Shown: in pieces, positions 30,493 to 40,142 of the stretch
How the letters are laid out: each line of letters starts with the position of its first letter
Position numbering within the stretch: position 1 is the first letter of the stretch
Assembly: GCA_963743815.1 (NCBI GenBank)
Contig: CAVURB010000010.1
Coordinates: forward strand, 134,099-198,098
Length of the DNA stretch: 64,000 bases
Source of the DNA: an uncultured Chloroflexia bacterium
GTDB lineage: Bacteria; Chloroflexota; Limnocylindria; Limnocylindrales; CSP1-4
Direction: 5' to 3'
Position numbers and translations under genes: made by a program
The notes under the pieces: model-generated
The model's input: only the letters and a program-made list of their open reading frames with translations
Database searches by the model: none
What the model was told of the DNA's origin: nothing

Positions 30493-31644
30493 CTATGGCA
30501 GCGTCCATGCGGCGGGCACGCACCTTGGGTTCTCTGTCGATGACGGCGGTGGCGGGCAGGCTGAGCCGACGATCGTGCGGCCGCTCACGGCGTGCATCCC
30601 GAAGTACTCGTAGCCTGCCGGTGGCGGCAGGACCTGAACCGAGTCGGTTTCGAGGTCCCAGACCAGATTCGTGGTGAAGTCGTGCCCGATCGCGACCGGG
30701 CCGCTCACACCGACGGCCGTGCCGTAGACGTTGGTTGCCGGGAGGGCGAGCTGGCGCACCGAGCCTGTGCCCGTATCCCAGACCAACGGCAGCGGCGTGC
30801 CCTCCTCGCCGAAGCAGCAATTGCCGACCGCCGTCGTGCCGTCCACCGAGCGCGGAATGCCGTCCATGGTCGCCGAGACCAGGTCGAGGTCCCGGGCCTC
30901 GGCAGTGAGCGGGCTCCAGACCAAAGGAAGGGCTTCGTCGCGGTCGCAACGGATCCCCACGACGGTGTCGCCGCTGATGGCGAGCGGGTTGCCGCAGTCA
31001 TAGCCGGCGGGCAACTCGAGGATCCGGACGGCGCCCGTGTCGGTGTCCCATGCCACTGCAGCCCCGACCTCCCCGCCCGTGGTCCACACCTGGCCGACCG
31101 CCGTCGTCCCATTGATGGCATGCGCCTCGGATCGCGTGAAGCCGGCGGGGATATCCAGGATCCGGAGCCCGCCGGTCCGGGAGTCCCAGGCCATCGCACG
31201 ATCCTGGCCGCGCTTGCCCCCCGTGCCGAGGACGCCTGTGCCGACGGCGGTCATGCCGCTCACGCCGTCGAGCCGGACGTAGGTCTCGCCGTTCGGGTGG
31301 ACGAACTCCTCGGGAACCTCCAGCACCCGGAGCGCACCGGTGGCGGTATCCCAGACGGCGGGCAGCTCGTCGTTGATGCCGATCTGCACCCAGCCAACGG
31401 CCGTCGTGCCATCCACGGCCTCGGCCTCGCCTCGGCTGTAGCCGGCAGGCAGGTCGAGCGCTCGGAACGTGATCTCAGGCGTCGGAGTCGGCGTCGGCTC
31501 CGGCGTCGGGAGCGCCGTTGATGTGGGCGCTGAGGCAGTGGCAGTCCCGGCGCTGCCCGACGGCGCGGGGACCTCGCTGCACGCGGCACTGACGAGGGCG
31601 ATGACCACGACGATGACGACCCGGATGCGCTTCATATCGATCAT
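30493..31644 (-). CDS. Lipoprotein with ~6 tandem HAF-like extracellular repeats
   Basis: Lipobox (LVSAAC); repeated unit …AV(N/D)GTTAVG…WDTxTGxxRxLxLPAGY… about 45 aa, six times. Confidence 0.6.
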   Translation of the reverse strand: MIDMKRIRVVIVVVIALVSAACSEVPAPSGSAGTATASAPTSTALPTPEPTPTPTPEITFRALDLPAGYSRGEAEAVDGTTAVGWVQIGINDELPAVWDTATGALRVLEVPEEFVHPNGETYVRLDGVSGMTAVGTGVLGTGGKRGQDRAMAWDSRTGGLRILDIPAGFTRSEAHAINGTTAVGQVWTTGGEVGAAVAWDTDTGAVRILELPAGYDCGNPLAISGDTVVGIRCDRDEALPLVWSPLTAEARDLDLVSATMDGIPRSVDGTTAVGNCCFGEEGTPLPLVWDTGTGSVRQLALPATNVYGTAVGVSGPVAIGHDFTTNLVWDLETDSVQVLPPPAGYEYFGMHAVSGRTIVGSACPPPPSSTENPRCVPAAWTLP

Positions 31645-31740
31645 CGTGCCGCAGCGCCCGGGTTGCGGTCGAGGGCTGTCCGGCAGGGATTCGGCGGGCC
31701 TCCACGTCGACTGGGATCGTCGCCTTCAGGCGCCGCAGCG

Positions 31741-32124
31741 TTAGCGTTCGTCGCCGTAGGGTCGGGTGATGATCTCGAGGTTGTGCCCGCTCGGGTCGTC
31801 GAAATAGACACCGCGGCCGCCATCGTGGGTGTTGATCACGCCCGGCTCCTCGTGGCCGGGATCGGCCCAGAACTGATGGCCCCCTGACTGGATTCGACCG
31901 AAGATCGCGTCGAAGTCGTCCTCGCCCACGAGGAAGCAATAGTGCTGCGAGGCGATCTCCTCGGTCGTGTCGAGGTAGTCGAGGGTCACGGCGTTCGACA
32001 CCGCGACGGCGTGGAACGGACCCCAGGTCGTCGGACTCGGCAGTCCGAAGAGATGGGTGAGGAACTCCGCCGAGGCCCGACTGTCCCGCGAATACACGAT
32101 GGTGTGGTTGAGCTCGATGGACAT
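31741..32124 (-). CDS. VOC family protein (glyoxalase-like)
   Basis: 127 aa VOC fold. Confidence 0.6.
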   Translation of the reverse strand: MSIELNHTIVYSRDSRASAEFLTHLFGLPSPTTWGPFHAVAVSNAVTLDYLDTTEEIASQHYCFLVGEDDFDAIFGRIQSGGHQFWADPGHEEPGVINTHDGGRGVYFDDPSGHNLEIITRPYGDER

Positions 32125-32151
32125 GGTCCTACTCCTCCCTCGTTGTCGACC

Positions 32152-32798
32152 CTAACCGAGGCGCCAGAAGTCGCCGGTGAGGCCGAGCCGATCGAGCACA
32201 GCCTGGTTTTGCTCCCGCGAGTGCGGTCGCCAGTCAGGATCGAGGCGGTCCCACCACCAGGCCTCGGCGAGCTCGGCGGCCTTCGTGATCGACATGGTCG
32301 CGCCGGGCGGACGACCAGCGAGCCATCGGGAGAGGTGTGCTTCCGACCGGAAGACGAGCATGGTCCCTCACGTGTACCCGATGTCGTCCCACCAGGTGCG
32401 TGCCGGCACGAGGACATGGAAGACCGGGGCCGGGTCCGTCGGGCGATAGTCGTGGACCTCAAGATCGACCGAGTCGCCACAGTCGGCGCACGTCGTGTGG
32501 ATCATCGAGTCTGTACGCAGGACGACACCGATCCCGAACGCGTCCCATCCACAATTCGCGAACCAGGACCGACCGGCAGCCTCCACCCGATGCGGCGTCT
32601 CCACCGCGGAGAACGGGTTCGCCATCCGCAGCTGCCCCGCACCGTCGAGGACGAGCGCATGGGCGTCGTGCAATCGCTGCCAGGTGGTGACGACGACGTC
32701 GCTCCCCTGCCCCGTGGCAGCGGCGACCTCATCGATCGCTCGGCGCTCGACCGAGCTCGGCGAACAACCGATAGCTCGCGTTCCGGACGGCCAGATCG
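32152..32798 (-). CDS. MerB-like (alkylmercury lyase family) protein with in-frame TGA at the Cys159-equivalent position; candidate selenoprotein
   Basis: Catalytic motif WFANCGWD (Cys96/Asp99 equivalents of MerB); TGA at 32368-32370 aligns with catalytic Cys159 (…DIGYT-U-GTMLVFRSE… vs MerB …SFCCHVHFFAS…); downstream reading frame shows purifying selection; conserved hairpin follows the TGA; a 1-nt indel near the N-terminus (~32740). Confidence 0.6.
32328..32367 (-). other. SECIS-like hairpin immediately 3' of the UGA (mRNA GGGACCAUGCUCGUCUUCCGGUCGGAAGCACACCUCUCCC)
   Basis: Lower stem GGGA/UCCC, apical stem CUUCC/GGAAG with GGUC tetraloop about 15 nt after UGA; sequence is nearly identical in the paralog at 40329-40368. 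Confidence 0.5.
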
Positions 32799-32840
32799 TC
32801 AGGCGTCATCGCCGCAAAGGGTACGTGGTCCGGCCCCGAT

Positions 32841-34175
32841 CTATGGCGCATGGGCCGCGAAGAGTTGCCACGTGCCCGGGACGCCCTTCAGCTCGTGGCT
32901 GCCCCGGTCGTCGAACTCGAGTTCAGACCCAACGACGAGGTCCCTGACCGTGCTCGAGACCAGGACCTCACTCGGCCCGGCGAGGGCCGAGACCCGGGCA
33001 CCGATGTGGACGGCCATTCCGGCGATGTCGTCGGGCAGGACGTCGACTTCCCCGACGTGCAGCCCGGCCCGGATCTCCAGGCCGAGCTCCCGGACCTCGT
33101 CGCGGATCGCGAACGCGCATCGGACGGCTCGGGCCGGGCCGTCGAAGGTGGCCAGGAATCCATCGCCGATCACCTTGACCTCCCGCCCTCCGAAGCGGTC
33201 CAGCTGGCGACGGACGATCCGGTTGTGATCAGCCAGCAGGGTCCGCCATCGACCGTCGCCGAGCTCGGCCGCCCGTTGGGTCGATCCGACGATATCGGTG
33301 AACAGCACGGTCGCGAGCACGCGACGGGGGTCGAGCACCGGCCGAACACCCGTCACGAAGTCCTGGATCTCGGCGACGATCGCGTCCTGATCGCCAGCCC
33401 AGATGAGATTGTCGACACCGGGCAGCTCGACGTAGCGGGCATCGGGGATGTTCGCGGCGAGATAGCGTCCATGCTCTGCGCGGAATCCCGTCGCATCCGA
33501 TCGGTGGATGACCAGCGTCGGGACGCGGATCGCGGCCAGGACGTCCCGGACATCGCTTTCGTAGATGAGGCGGACGATCGCCTTCGTGCTGCCGGGCGTC
33601 GCCGCGCTCCGCTCGTAGCGCGCCCAGGCACGCCGGATCCGTTCGTCATCGGCCACGGACGGCGCGAAGAGGTCGATCATGACGCCGCGTCCGGCAAAGT
33701 CCTCGGCCTGCTCCAGGGCGGGTGTGAGTTCGACCATCGGCGCCCCGGCCGGGTAATCCGACGCCTCGAGGAACCGGGCGAAGCAGTCGACCAGGATGAG
33801 GCTCGAGACCCGATCAGGATGGGTGGCGGCGAACGGCATTGCCAGGATCCCGCCGCCGATGTTCGCGATCACGGCGGCTCGCTCCGAGCCGACGGTGTCG
33901 AGCACGGCCGGGATATCGGCCATGAACTCCTCGAGGGTCGGTAGCGACGACGTCGGGATCGGGTCCGACAATCCCGTTCCTCGCTTGTCGAACATGATCA
34001 GCCGACCGAAGGTCGCGAGGCGCTCCCGCAGCGCGGCGACCGGCGGGACGTCCCACTGGGCGTCGACATGGCCGAACCACTGATCCAGCAGGAGGATGTC
34101 TGGCGGCCCTTCGCCAACGACCTGGTAGGCCAGGTGCAGATCGCCGAGCCGGGCGTATCTGGTCTCGGGAAGCAT
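32841..34175 (-). CDS. Alpha/beta-hydrolase fused to class III adenylyl/guanylyl cyclase (LipJ/Rv1900c-like)
   Basis: N-terminal alpha/beta hydrolase domain, C-terminal cyclase catalytic domain (…VLFTDIVGSTQ…KVIGDGFLATF…). Confidence 0.8.
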   Translation of the reverse strand: MLPETRYARLGDLHLAYQVVGEGPPDILLLDQWFGHVDAQWDVPPVAALRERLATFGRLIMFDKRGTGLSDPIPTSSLPTLEEFMADIPAVLDTVGSERAAVIANIGGGILAMPFAATHPDRVSSLILVDCFARFLEASDYPAGAPMVELTPALEQAEDFAGRGVMIDLFAPSVADDERIRRAWARYERSAATPGSTKAIVRLIYESDVRDVLAAIRVPTLVIHRSDATGFRAEHGRYLAANIPDARYVELPGVDNLIWAGDQDAIVAEIQDFVTGVRPVLDPRRVLATVLFTDIVGSTQRAAELGDGRWRTLLADHNRIVRRQLDRFGGREVKVIGDGFLATFDGPARAVRCAFAIRDEVRELGLEIRAGLHVGEVDVLPDDIAGMAVHIGARVSALAGPSEVLVSSTVRDLVVGSELEFDDRGSHELKGVPGTWQLFAAHAP

Positions 34176-34245
34176 CGTTCGGAAGCGTACTCACCGTCGG
34201 ACTCCTCCGTCGCCTTACCCAGCAACCTGAGCACGCCCGGGCCGG

Positions 34246-34947
34246 ATGACCGACCATTCGGTCATGCCGACCGAGCACGACCAGCCATCCCCTCCCCCGC
34301 CGGTGAGCCCGCCGAGCGGCCCGCCGACGCCGGGGGACGTCGCCTGGGTCGCCGCCATCACCGCCGCGAAGGCCACCGTCGTCGCACTGGCCATCGACGC
34401 GTTCCTCAACTCCGACCAGCCCCGCTATCACGGCAAGGGCATGCGTCTCCGCGCCATCGGGTACGCGGGTGGGCTGCTCGTCGTGCCGGCGGCCTGGCGC
34501 GCCCTCGGACGACGCGAGCCGTACCCCCGGGAGCTTGACCTCGCGATCACCCTCCCACTCCTCGTCGATGCCGGCGGCAACGCCATCGGGATCTATCGGC
34601 GCGCCCACGTCGACGACCTGATCCATTTCGCCGATGGAGCGCTCGTCGCGTCCGTGGTCGGTGCGCTCGCGACGCCGCGGGTCCGGACCTCGTGGGAGGC
34701 CGCCGCAGCCGGGACGCTGGCGGGCGGCGCGGCGGCGGGGCTGTGGGAGATCGGCGAGTGGATCGGTTTCAAGCTGGGAGCCAAGGGCATGAACCTGTCC
34801 TACGACGACACGATGACCGACCTGATCGAGACGATGGCGGGAGCGGCGCTCGGCGGCGTCATCACCCTGTTGCGCCATCCGTCGCGTCTGCGGCGCGTGC
34901 CCGGCGGCTCGGGCGACCCGCTCGTCGAGCCGCACTCGAAGGCCTGA
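34246..34947 (+). CDS. Hypothetical membrane protein
   Basis: 233 aa ORF with Pro-rich N-terminus and several hydrophobic helices; good GC3 bias. Confidence 0.45.
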   Translation: MTDHSVMPTEHDQPSPPPPVSPPSGPPTPGDVAWVAAITAAKATVVALAIDAFLNSDQPRYHGKGMRLRAIGYAGGLLVVPAAWRALGRREPYPRELDLAITLPLLVDAGGNAIGIYRRAHVDDLIHFADGALVASVVGALATPRVRTSWEAAAAGTLAGGAAAGLWEIGEWIGFKLGAKGMNLSYDDTMTDLIETMAGAALGGVITLLRHPSRLRRVPGGSGDPLVEPHSKA

Positions 34948-34953
34948 CGCCGC

Positions 34954-35764
34954 GTGGCAGGCGGACGCGCTCCGGGTGACGCTTCCGTCGATATCGGCTA
35001 CGTCGGGCACGCCACGGTGCGCCTCGACGTCGCGGGGACGTTGATCCTGACCGACCCGTTCCTGCGCGCGCGCCTGGGGCCATTGGAGCGACACGGACCG
35101 ATGCCGGACGAGGTGGCCGATCTGGACATCGACCTCGTGCTGATCTCGCATGGGCACCCGGACCACTTCGACCCGGAGTCGCTCGCGTCGCTCAGGGGTT
35201 CGCCGACGGTCGTGGTCCCGCGCGGGCTCGGCGCTCGCGCGCGACAGGTGCTCCACGGGGACGTGATCGAGGTCGCGGCCGGGGAACGACTCTCGATCGG
35301 CGGCGTCACGGTCGACGCCGTCCCGGCCTCCCACTGGATCTCGCCGGGCGCCCCTCGCGCACAGCCGATCGGGTACGTCGTCGATGCCGGTCCGCGGATC
35401 TACTTCGCGGGCGACACGGGGCCATTCGCGGGTCTCGACCGGGTGCTCGCCGACGTCGACGTGGCGCTGCTTCCCGTCTGGACATGGGGTCCGCACCGTG
35501 GGCCCGGCCACCTTGGCCCGAAGTCGGCCGCCCAGGCCCTGGCCGCCGCCGGCCCGACGGTGGCGATCCCCATCCACTGGGGCACGCTCTACCCGCGGCG
35601 GCTGCACCGGCGTCTGGTCCGGCCCGTTGCGCGAGCCCGGCGACCGATTCGCCGACCACGCGGGTCGACTGGCGCCCGCGACGACCGTGGAGGTCCTGCG
35701 CCCGGGCGAGGACACGATCGTTCGCGTCGGTCGACGCGGTCAGGACGGTCCGTCGGGGCCGTAG
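34954..35764 (+). CDS. MBL-fold metallo-hydrolase (apparent C-terminal frameshift)
   Basis: LISHGHPDHFD metal-binding motif; C-terminus recovered in the second frame ending at 35764. Confidence 0.7.
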
Positions 35765-35774
35765 ACTCCGCGTG

Positions 35775-36977
35775 ATGGAGGGGTACGAGCTGACCGAGGC
35801 GGCCGCACGCTGCGGTCTGGGCGTCGACGAGCTGCAGCGGCTGGTCGCCCTCGGCGTGATCCGGCCCAGCGTCGGCGATCGGTTCAGCCGGGGCGACCTG
35901 CGTCGGGCCAGCCTGGTGACGAGTCTCGCGGCCGCGGGCATCTCGCTCGAGGGGCTCGCGCGCGGCGATCCGCGACGACCAGGTGTCGCTGGCCTTCCTC
36001 GATGCGACCGCGTTCGACCGGTTCGCCCAGCTGTCAGAGGTGACGTTCGCGGAGATGGCCGACCGGTCGGGCGTGCCGCTCGACTTCCTCCAGTACATCC
36101 GCGAGGCCTCGGGTTCTGTGGCCCCGGAGCCTGGCGACCGCATGCGCGACGCCGAGCTGCCGATCGTCACGTGGCTCCAGACGGCCCTCGGCGCCGGGAC
36201 CCGCCCGGCAGCGACGCTCCAGATGATCCGCGTCCAGGCCGACGGCCTGCGCCGCATGGCGGAGACGGAGGCGGCGTGGTGGCAGGCGGAGGTGCTCGGG
36301 CCCGGCGGCGGCGGGCGGCCAGCGGACGGACGAGGTCCTGGGCGCCGACTTCGGCGATCGGATGAGCGCCCTCACCGAGCAGGCGGTGATCTCGATGTAC
36401 CACCTCCAGCAGACGAAGGCGTGGACCAGCAATCTCGTGGAGGGGGTCGAGGCGATGCTCGCCGGCGCAGGGTTGCACAGCCGCCTGGACCGGCCACCGG
36501 CGATGTGCTTCCTCGACATCACCGGCTACACGCAGCTCACCCAGGAGCACGGTGACGCCGCGGCCGCCGAGCTGGCGGACCGGCTCAGCGGGATCGTGGG
36601 CCGGGCGTCGGTCAAGTACGGCGGGCGGGCCGTCAAGTGGCTCGGCGACGGCGTCATGTTCCACTTCCCCGACCCGGGGCAGGGCGTGCTCGCGGCGATC
36701 GAGATGGTCGCAAGCGTGACCGGGGCCGGTCTGCCGCCGGCGCACGTGGGGCTCCACGCCGGCCCGGTGATCTTCCAGGAGGGCGACTACTACGGGGCCA
36801 CGGTCAACATCGCGTCGCGGATCGCGGACTACGCCCGGCCGGACGAGGTGGTCGTCAGCCAGGCGGTCGTCGATGCCGCCGACGGCGCGCCGGTCACTGT
36901 TCCGCTCGATCGGGCCGGTCGCGCTGAAGGGGGTCGCCGCGCCACTGGACCTGTACGTGGCCACGCGGCCGGCCTAG
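35775..36977 (+). CDS. Adenylyl cyclase with N-terminal MerR-type HTH (multiple apparent frameshifts)
   Basis: MEGYELTEAAARCGLGVDELQRLVALGVIRP MerR HTH; cyclase domain MCFLDITGYTQLT…VKWLGDGVMFHF…; assembled from three frames. Confidence 0.65.
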
Positions 36978-37001
36978 TCGCCGAGGCATCGAGGAGGACA
37001 C

Positions 37002-37430
37002 ATGGGGTACGTGATCGGGGCGACGGTCGAAGCCGATGTGGATCCCGCCGCGGTCTTCGCTCTGTACATGGACCCGTCGACTTGGCCGGTCTGGGGCCAC
37101 AACGTCCGTTGGGCGCATGCCGACGGCCCGCTCGTCGAGGGCGGGATCGTCGAGATCCGCCCCAGATATCCGGTCACCTACAACTGCCGGATCCTGCGCC
37201 TGGTGCCGGGCTCGCTGCTTCGCATCGAGGTAAAGCCGAAAGGCATGACGATCGTCAACGTCTACGAGATCGAGCCGACCGCCGGCGGGTGCCGCGTCCG
37301 CCACGCCTTTGAGATCTCTGGCCCGCTTTCCGGACCCCTTCGATGGTTCGGCGTCGCCCGCCTCTACCAGTCGTCACTCGGCGACGAGATCCGCCATTGC
37401 ATCGAGCTCGCCACGTCGAGGTCCGCCTGA
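37002..37430 (+). CDS. SRPBCC (polyketide cyclase/START-like) family protein
   Basis: 142 aa ORF, START-like beta-grip pattern. Confidence 0.55.
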   Translation: MGYVIGATVEADVDPAAVFALYMDPSTWPVWGHNVRWAHADGPLVEGGIVEIRPRYPVTYNCRILRLVPGSLLRIEVKPKGMTIVNVYEIEPTAGGCRVRHAFEISGPLSGPLRWFGVARLYQSSLGDEIRHCIELATSRSA

Positions 37431-37459
37431 ACGTCTCCCCCACTGGGATCCCGCCCGAA

Positions 37460-38473
37460 CTAGTCGCCCGAACGCTGCATCGCGGCGAGGCTCCCGAGCG
37501 CGGCCGGATCGAGCGCATCCTGCGACACGGCAGCGACCCGGGCGCGGGTGCGGGCCCGCAGCGTGGCGGTCCTGACGCCGTCCCGCTGGCCGGCGCGCTC
37601 GCCGACGACGGCACCGGGGCCGATCTCGGCGATCTCCTCGCCGTCCCGCACGACGACGAAGATCCCATCGAGGATCAGGAACACGTCCGTGCCGGGTTCA
37701 CCCTGCGGACGAGCTCCTCGTCCGGCCGCGAGGGTGCGGATCTTGGGCTTGGCCCCGTCGTCCATGATCGCGCCGGACAGCGAGCGCTCCAGCGCCAATT
37801 CGACCGCCGCGACGATGGCCGGCGAGTCCTGCTCGCCCCATGGGGTTCGATCGCCGTGCGCGTGGTTGAACCACTGCGCGAAATCGATGGTGCCGGACTT
37901 CTGGACGAGCCGTCCTTCGTGGTCATAGATCCAATGGCGCGGGAAGGGGCTGGCGCCCACGAGCTCGTGACTCGAGCTGCCGTCGGCGTTCAGGGTCAGG
38001 GCGAGGGTCGTCCACGCGATCGACGGCCAGAACTGGACGAACGGCTTGTGCGGGACGGGCCGGGGTGTCGGGAGCCCCATCCGCCCACCGATGGTCTGCA
38101 CGAACCGGGCCGACGTTTCGGTGATCTCGGGCGCCGGCTGGATGTCAGGCAGCTGGACCGCGGGGAACCGCAGCGCAGCCGGCCCCACTTTGACCGTCGT
38201 GGCGCCGATGTGGCCCTGGCCGAGATGACCGGCGTCCACGATGCGCCCGTCCTCCACCTCGATGAACGCCCGAAGCTCGTTGGCCTCGCGGAAGCGGTCG
38301 CTCGTCCGCAGCGCCTCCAGATCCTCGATCCGATCCGGCGGTGGCTCGTCGTAGTGGGTCACCCCGAGCTCGAACGTGATCTTCGCCGGGCCGGTGATCG
38401 CCTCGGACGGGATCCAGGAGACGGCGATGACGGACAATTCGAAGCGCTGTCGGACCACGGGCGTAGACCTCAT
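37460..38473 (-). CDS. Protein with N-terminal domain of unknown function and C-terminal cyclic-nucleotide-binding domain
   Basis: C-terminal …DGEEIAEIGPGAVVGERAG…RTATLRA… phosphate-binding cassette of cNMP-binding domains. Confidence 0.65.
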   Translation of the reverse strand: MRSTPVVRQRFELSVIAVSWIPSEAITGPAKITFELGVTHYDEPPPDRIEDLEALRTSDRFREANELRAFIEVEDGRIVDAGHLGQGHIGATTVKVGPAALRFPAVQLPDIQPAPEITETSARFVQTIGGRMGLPTPRPVPHKPFVQFWPSIAWTTLALTLNADGSSSHELVGASPFPRHWIYDHEGRLVQKSGTIDFAQWFNHAHGDRTPWGEQDSPAIVAAVELALERSLSGAIMDDGAKPKIRTLAAGRGARPQGEPGTDVFLILDGIFVVVRDGEEIAEIGPGAVVGERAGQRDGVRTATLRARTRARVAAVSQDALDPAALGSLAAMQRSGD

Positions 38474-38526
38474 TGCGGGGCGGGCACCCGGGTAGTCTAG
38501 CCATCGACGACCGTGCGTTTGGAGCG

Positions 38527-39138
38527 ATGACGATGAAGCTGTCGGCCACGATGTTCCTCACCCTGGACGGTGTGTACCAGGGGCAAGGGGGCGCCGACGA
38601 GGACCGCCGCGGCGGGTTCGAGCGCGGCGGCTGGGTGGCACTGCATCCCGACGAGGAGATCTGGCCCTACATCCAGTCGGTCTACGAGCGCGCCGACGCG
38701 TTCCTGCTCGGGCGCGTCACCTGGGAGATCTGGGCCCGGTATTGGCCGTTCCACGACGCGGGCGACCCGGTCTCGCACGGGCTCAATGTGCTGCCGAAGT
38801 ACGTCCCCTCGACCACGCTCACCGACCCGTCGTGGGCACTGACCCACGTCATCTCGGGCGACGTCGAGGCGGCGGTGCGCGAGCTCAAGGCGCAGCCCGG
38901 ACGCGAGCTCCAGGTCCACGGCAGTGGTGTGCTGCTCCGATGGCTCCTCGAGCGCGACCTCGTGGACGAGCTCAACCTGCTGATCTACCCCGTGGTGGTG
39001 GGCGACGGGATGCGGCTGTTCCCGGAGCGTGGCCCGACGCACGACCTGACCCTGGTCTCGTCGAGGACGACGCCGTCCGGCGTGACCCTCCAGACCTATC
39101 GACCGGCCGGCCGCGCGACGTTCGGGGCTGCCGGCTGA
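38527..39138 (+). CDS. Dihydrofolate reductase family protein (RibD C-terminal domain-like)
   Basis: MTMKLSATMFLTLDGVYQG… and …LQVHGSGVLLRWLLERDLVDELNLLIYPVVVGDG… typical of the YwjB/RibD_C family. Confidence 0.7.
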   Translation: MTMKLSATMFLTLDGVYQGQGGADEDRRGGFERGGWVALHPDEEIWPYIQSVYERADAFLLGRVTWEIWARYWPFHDAGDPVSHGLNVLPKYVPSTTLTDPSWALTHVISGDVEAAVRELKAQPGRELQVHGSGVLLRWLLERDLVDELNLLIYPVVVGDGMRLFPERGPTHDLTLVSSRTTPSGVTLQTYRPAGRATFGAAG

Positions 39139-39265
39139 CTCGCGGGTAGAGCGCTAGCGGCGAACGACCTCGAATCGAATGGTCATTCCGCCGATGTGCC
39201 GGCGTGCGGCCGGCACCTAGGCTGGCCCTTCGACTCAATCGACCCTTCTTGAACAAGGAGACCAC

Positions 39266-40102
39266 ATGACCGAGGTCATGGAACTGAACGATGCCGACCG
39301 CGCCCTGAAGGCCCGCCACCGCGCGATGTGGGCGATGGGCGACTACGACGCCGTCGCCACGCAGGTCATCCCGGCGCTCGGGCCCGTCCTCGTCGACGGG
39401 ACGGGGATCAATCCCGGCGATCGCGTCCTCGATGTCGCGGCAGGGTCCGGGAACGCATCGCTGCCGGCCGCTCGCGCGGGCGCACGGGTCGTTGCCAGCG
39501 ACCTCACGCCTGAGCTCCTCGATCACGGGCGCCAGCACGCCGCGTCCGAGGGACTCGAGATCGACTGGCATGAGGGCGATGCCGAGGCGCTGCCGTACGA
39601 GGACGCGTCGTTCGACGTGACGATGTCGCTCGTCGGGATCATGTTCGCGCCCCACCATCAGGCGAGCGCCGATGAACTGGTCCGCGTCACCCGTCCCGGC
39701 GGACGGATCGGCCTCATCAGCTGGACACCGGAGGGCTTCATCGGCCAGATGTTCGCGACGATGAAGCCGTATGCTCCACCGCCGCCTCCCGGGGCGCAGC
39801 CTCCGCCGCTCTGGGGCCGCGAGAGCCACGTCCGCGAGCTGCTCGGCGACAGCGTCACGGACGTGCGAGCGACCGTCGCGAACCTGACGGTCGACGCGTT
39901 CACCGGCCCAGAGGACTTCCTGGCGTACTTCAAGCGCAACTACGGCCCGACGATCGCGGTGTACAAGTCGCTTGCCGACCAGCCGGAGCGCGCCGCTGCG
40001 CTCGACCAGGAGCTCGTGGACCTCGCCTCCCGGTTCGGATTCGCCGACGGCGTCGCGACGATGGACTGGGAGTACCTGCACTTCACCGCCACCAGGGCGT
40101 GA
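39266..40102 (+). CDS. Class I SAM-dependent methyltransferase
   Basis: VLDVAAGSGNASL motif I, 278 aa. Confidence 0.75.
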   Translation: MTEVMELNDADRALKARHRAMWAMGDYDAVATQVIPALGPVLVDGTGINPGDRVLDVAAGSGNASLPAARAGARVVASDLTPELLDHGRQHAASEGLEIDWHEGDAEALPYEDASFDVTMSLVGIMFAPHHQASADELVRVTRPGGRIGLISWTPEGFIGQMFATMKPYAPPPPPGAQPPPLWGRESHVRELLGDSVTDVRATVANLTVDAFTGPEDFLAYFKRNYGPTIAVYKSLADQPERAAALDQELVDLASRFGFADGVATMDWEYLHFTATRA

Positions 40103-40142
40103 GCCCGATGGGGCGCTCCTGACATCCCGTCTTTCGTCGGAG

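Noticed and set aside
32368-32370. Interpreting the MerB-like TGA simply as a nonsense mutation (pseudogene)
   Set aside because: The identical TGA plus hairpin is retained in a diverged paralog, and the downstream frame stays open and accumulates mostly synonymous changes. That is not expected for an inactivated gene. The pseudogene reading is kept only as the alternative hypothesis.
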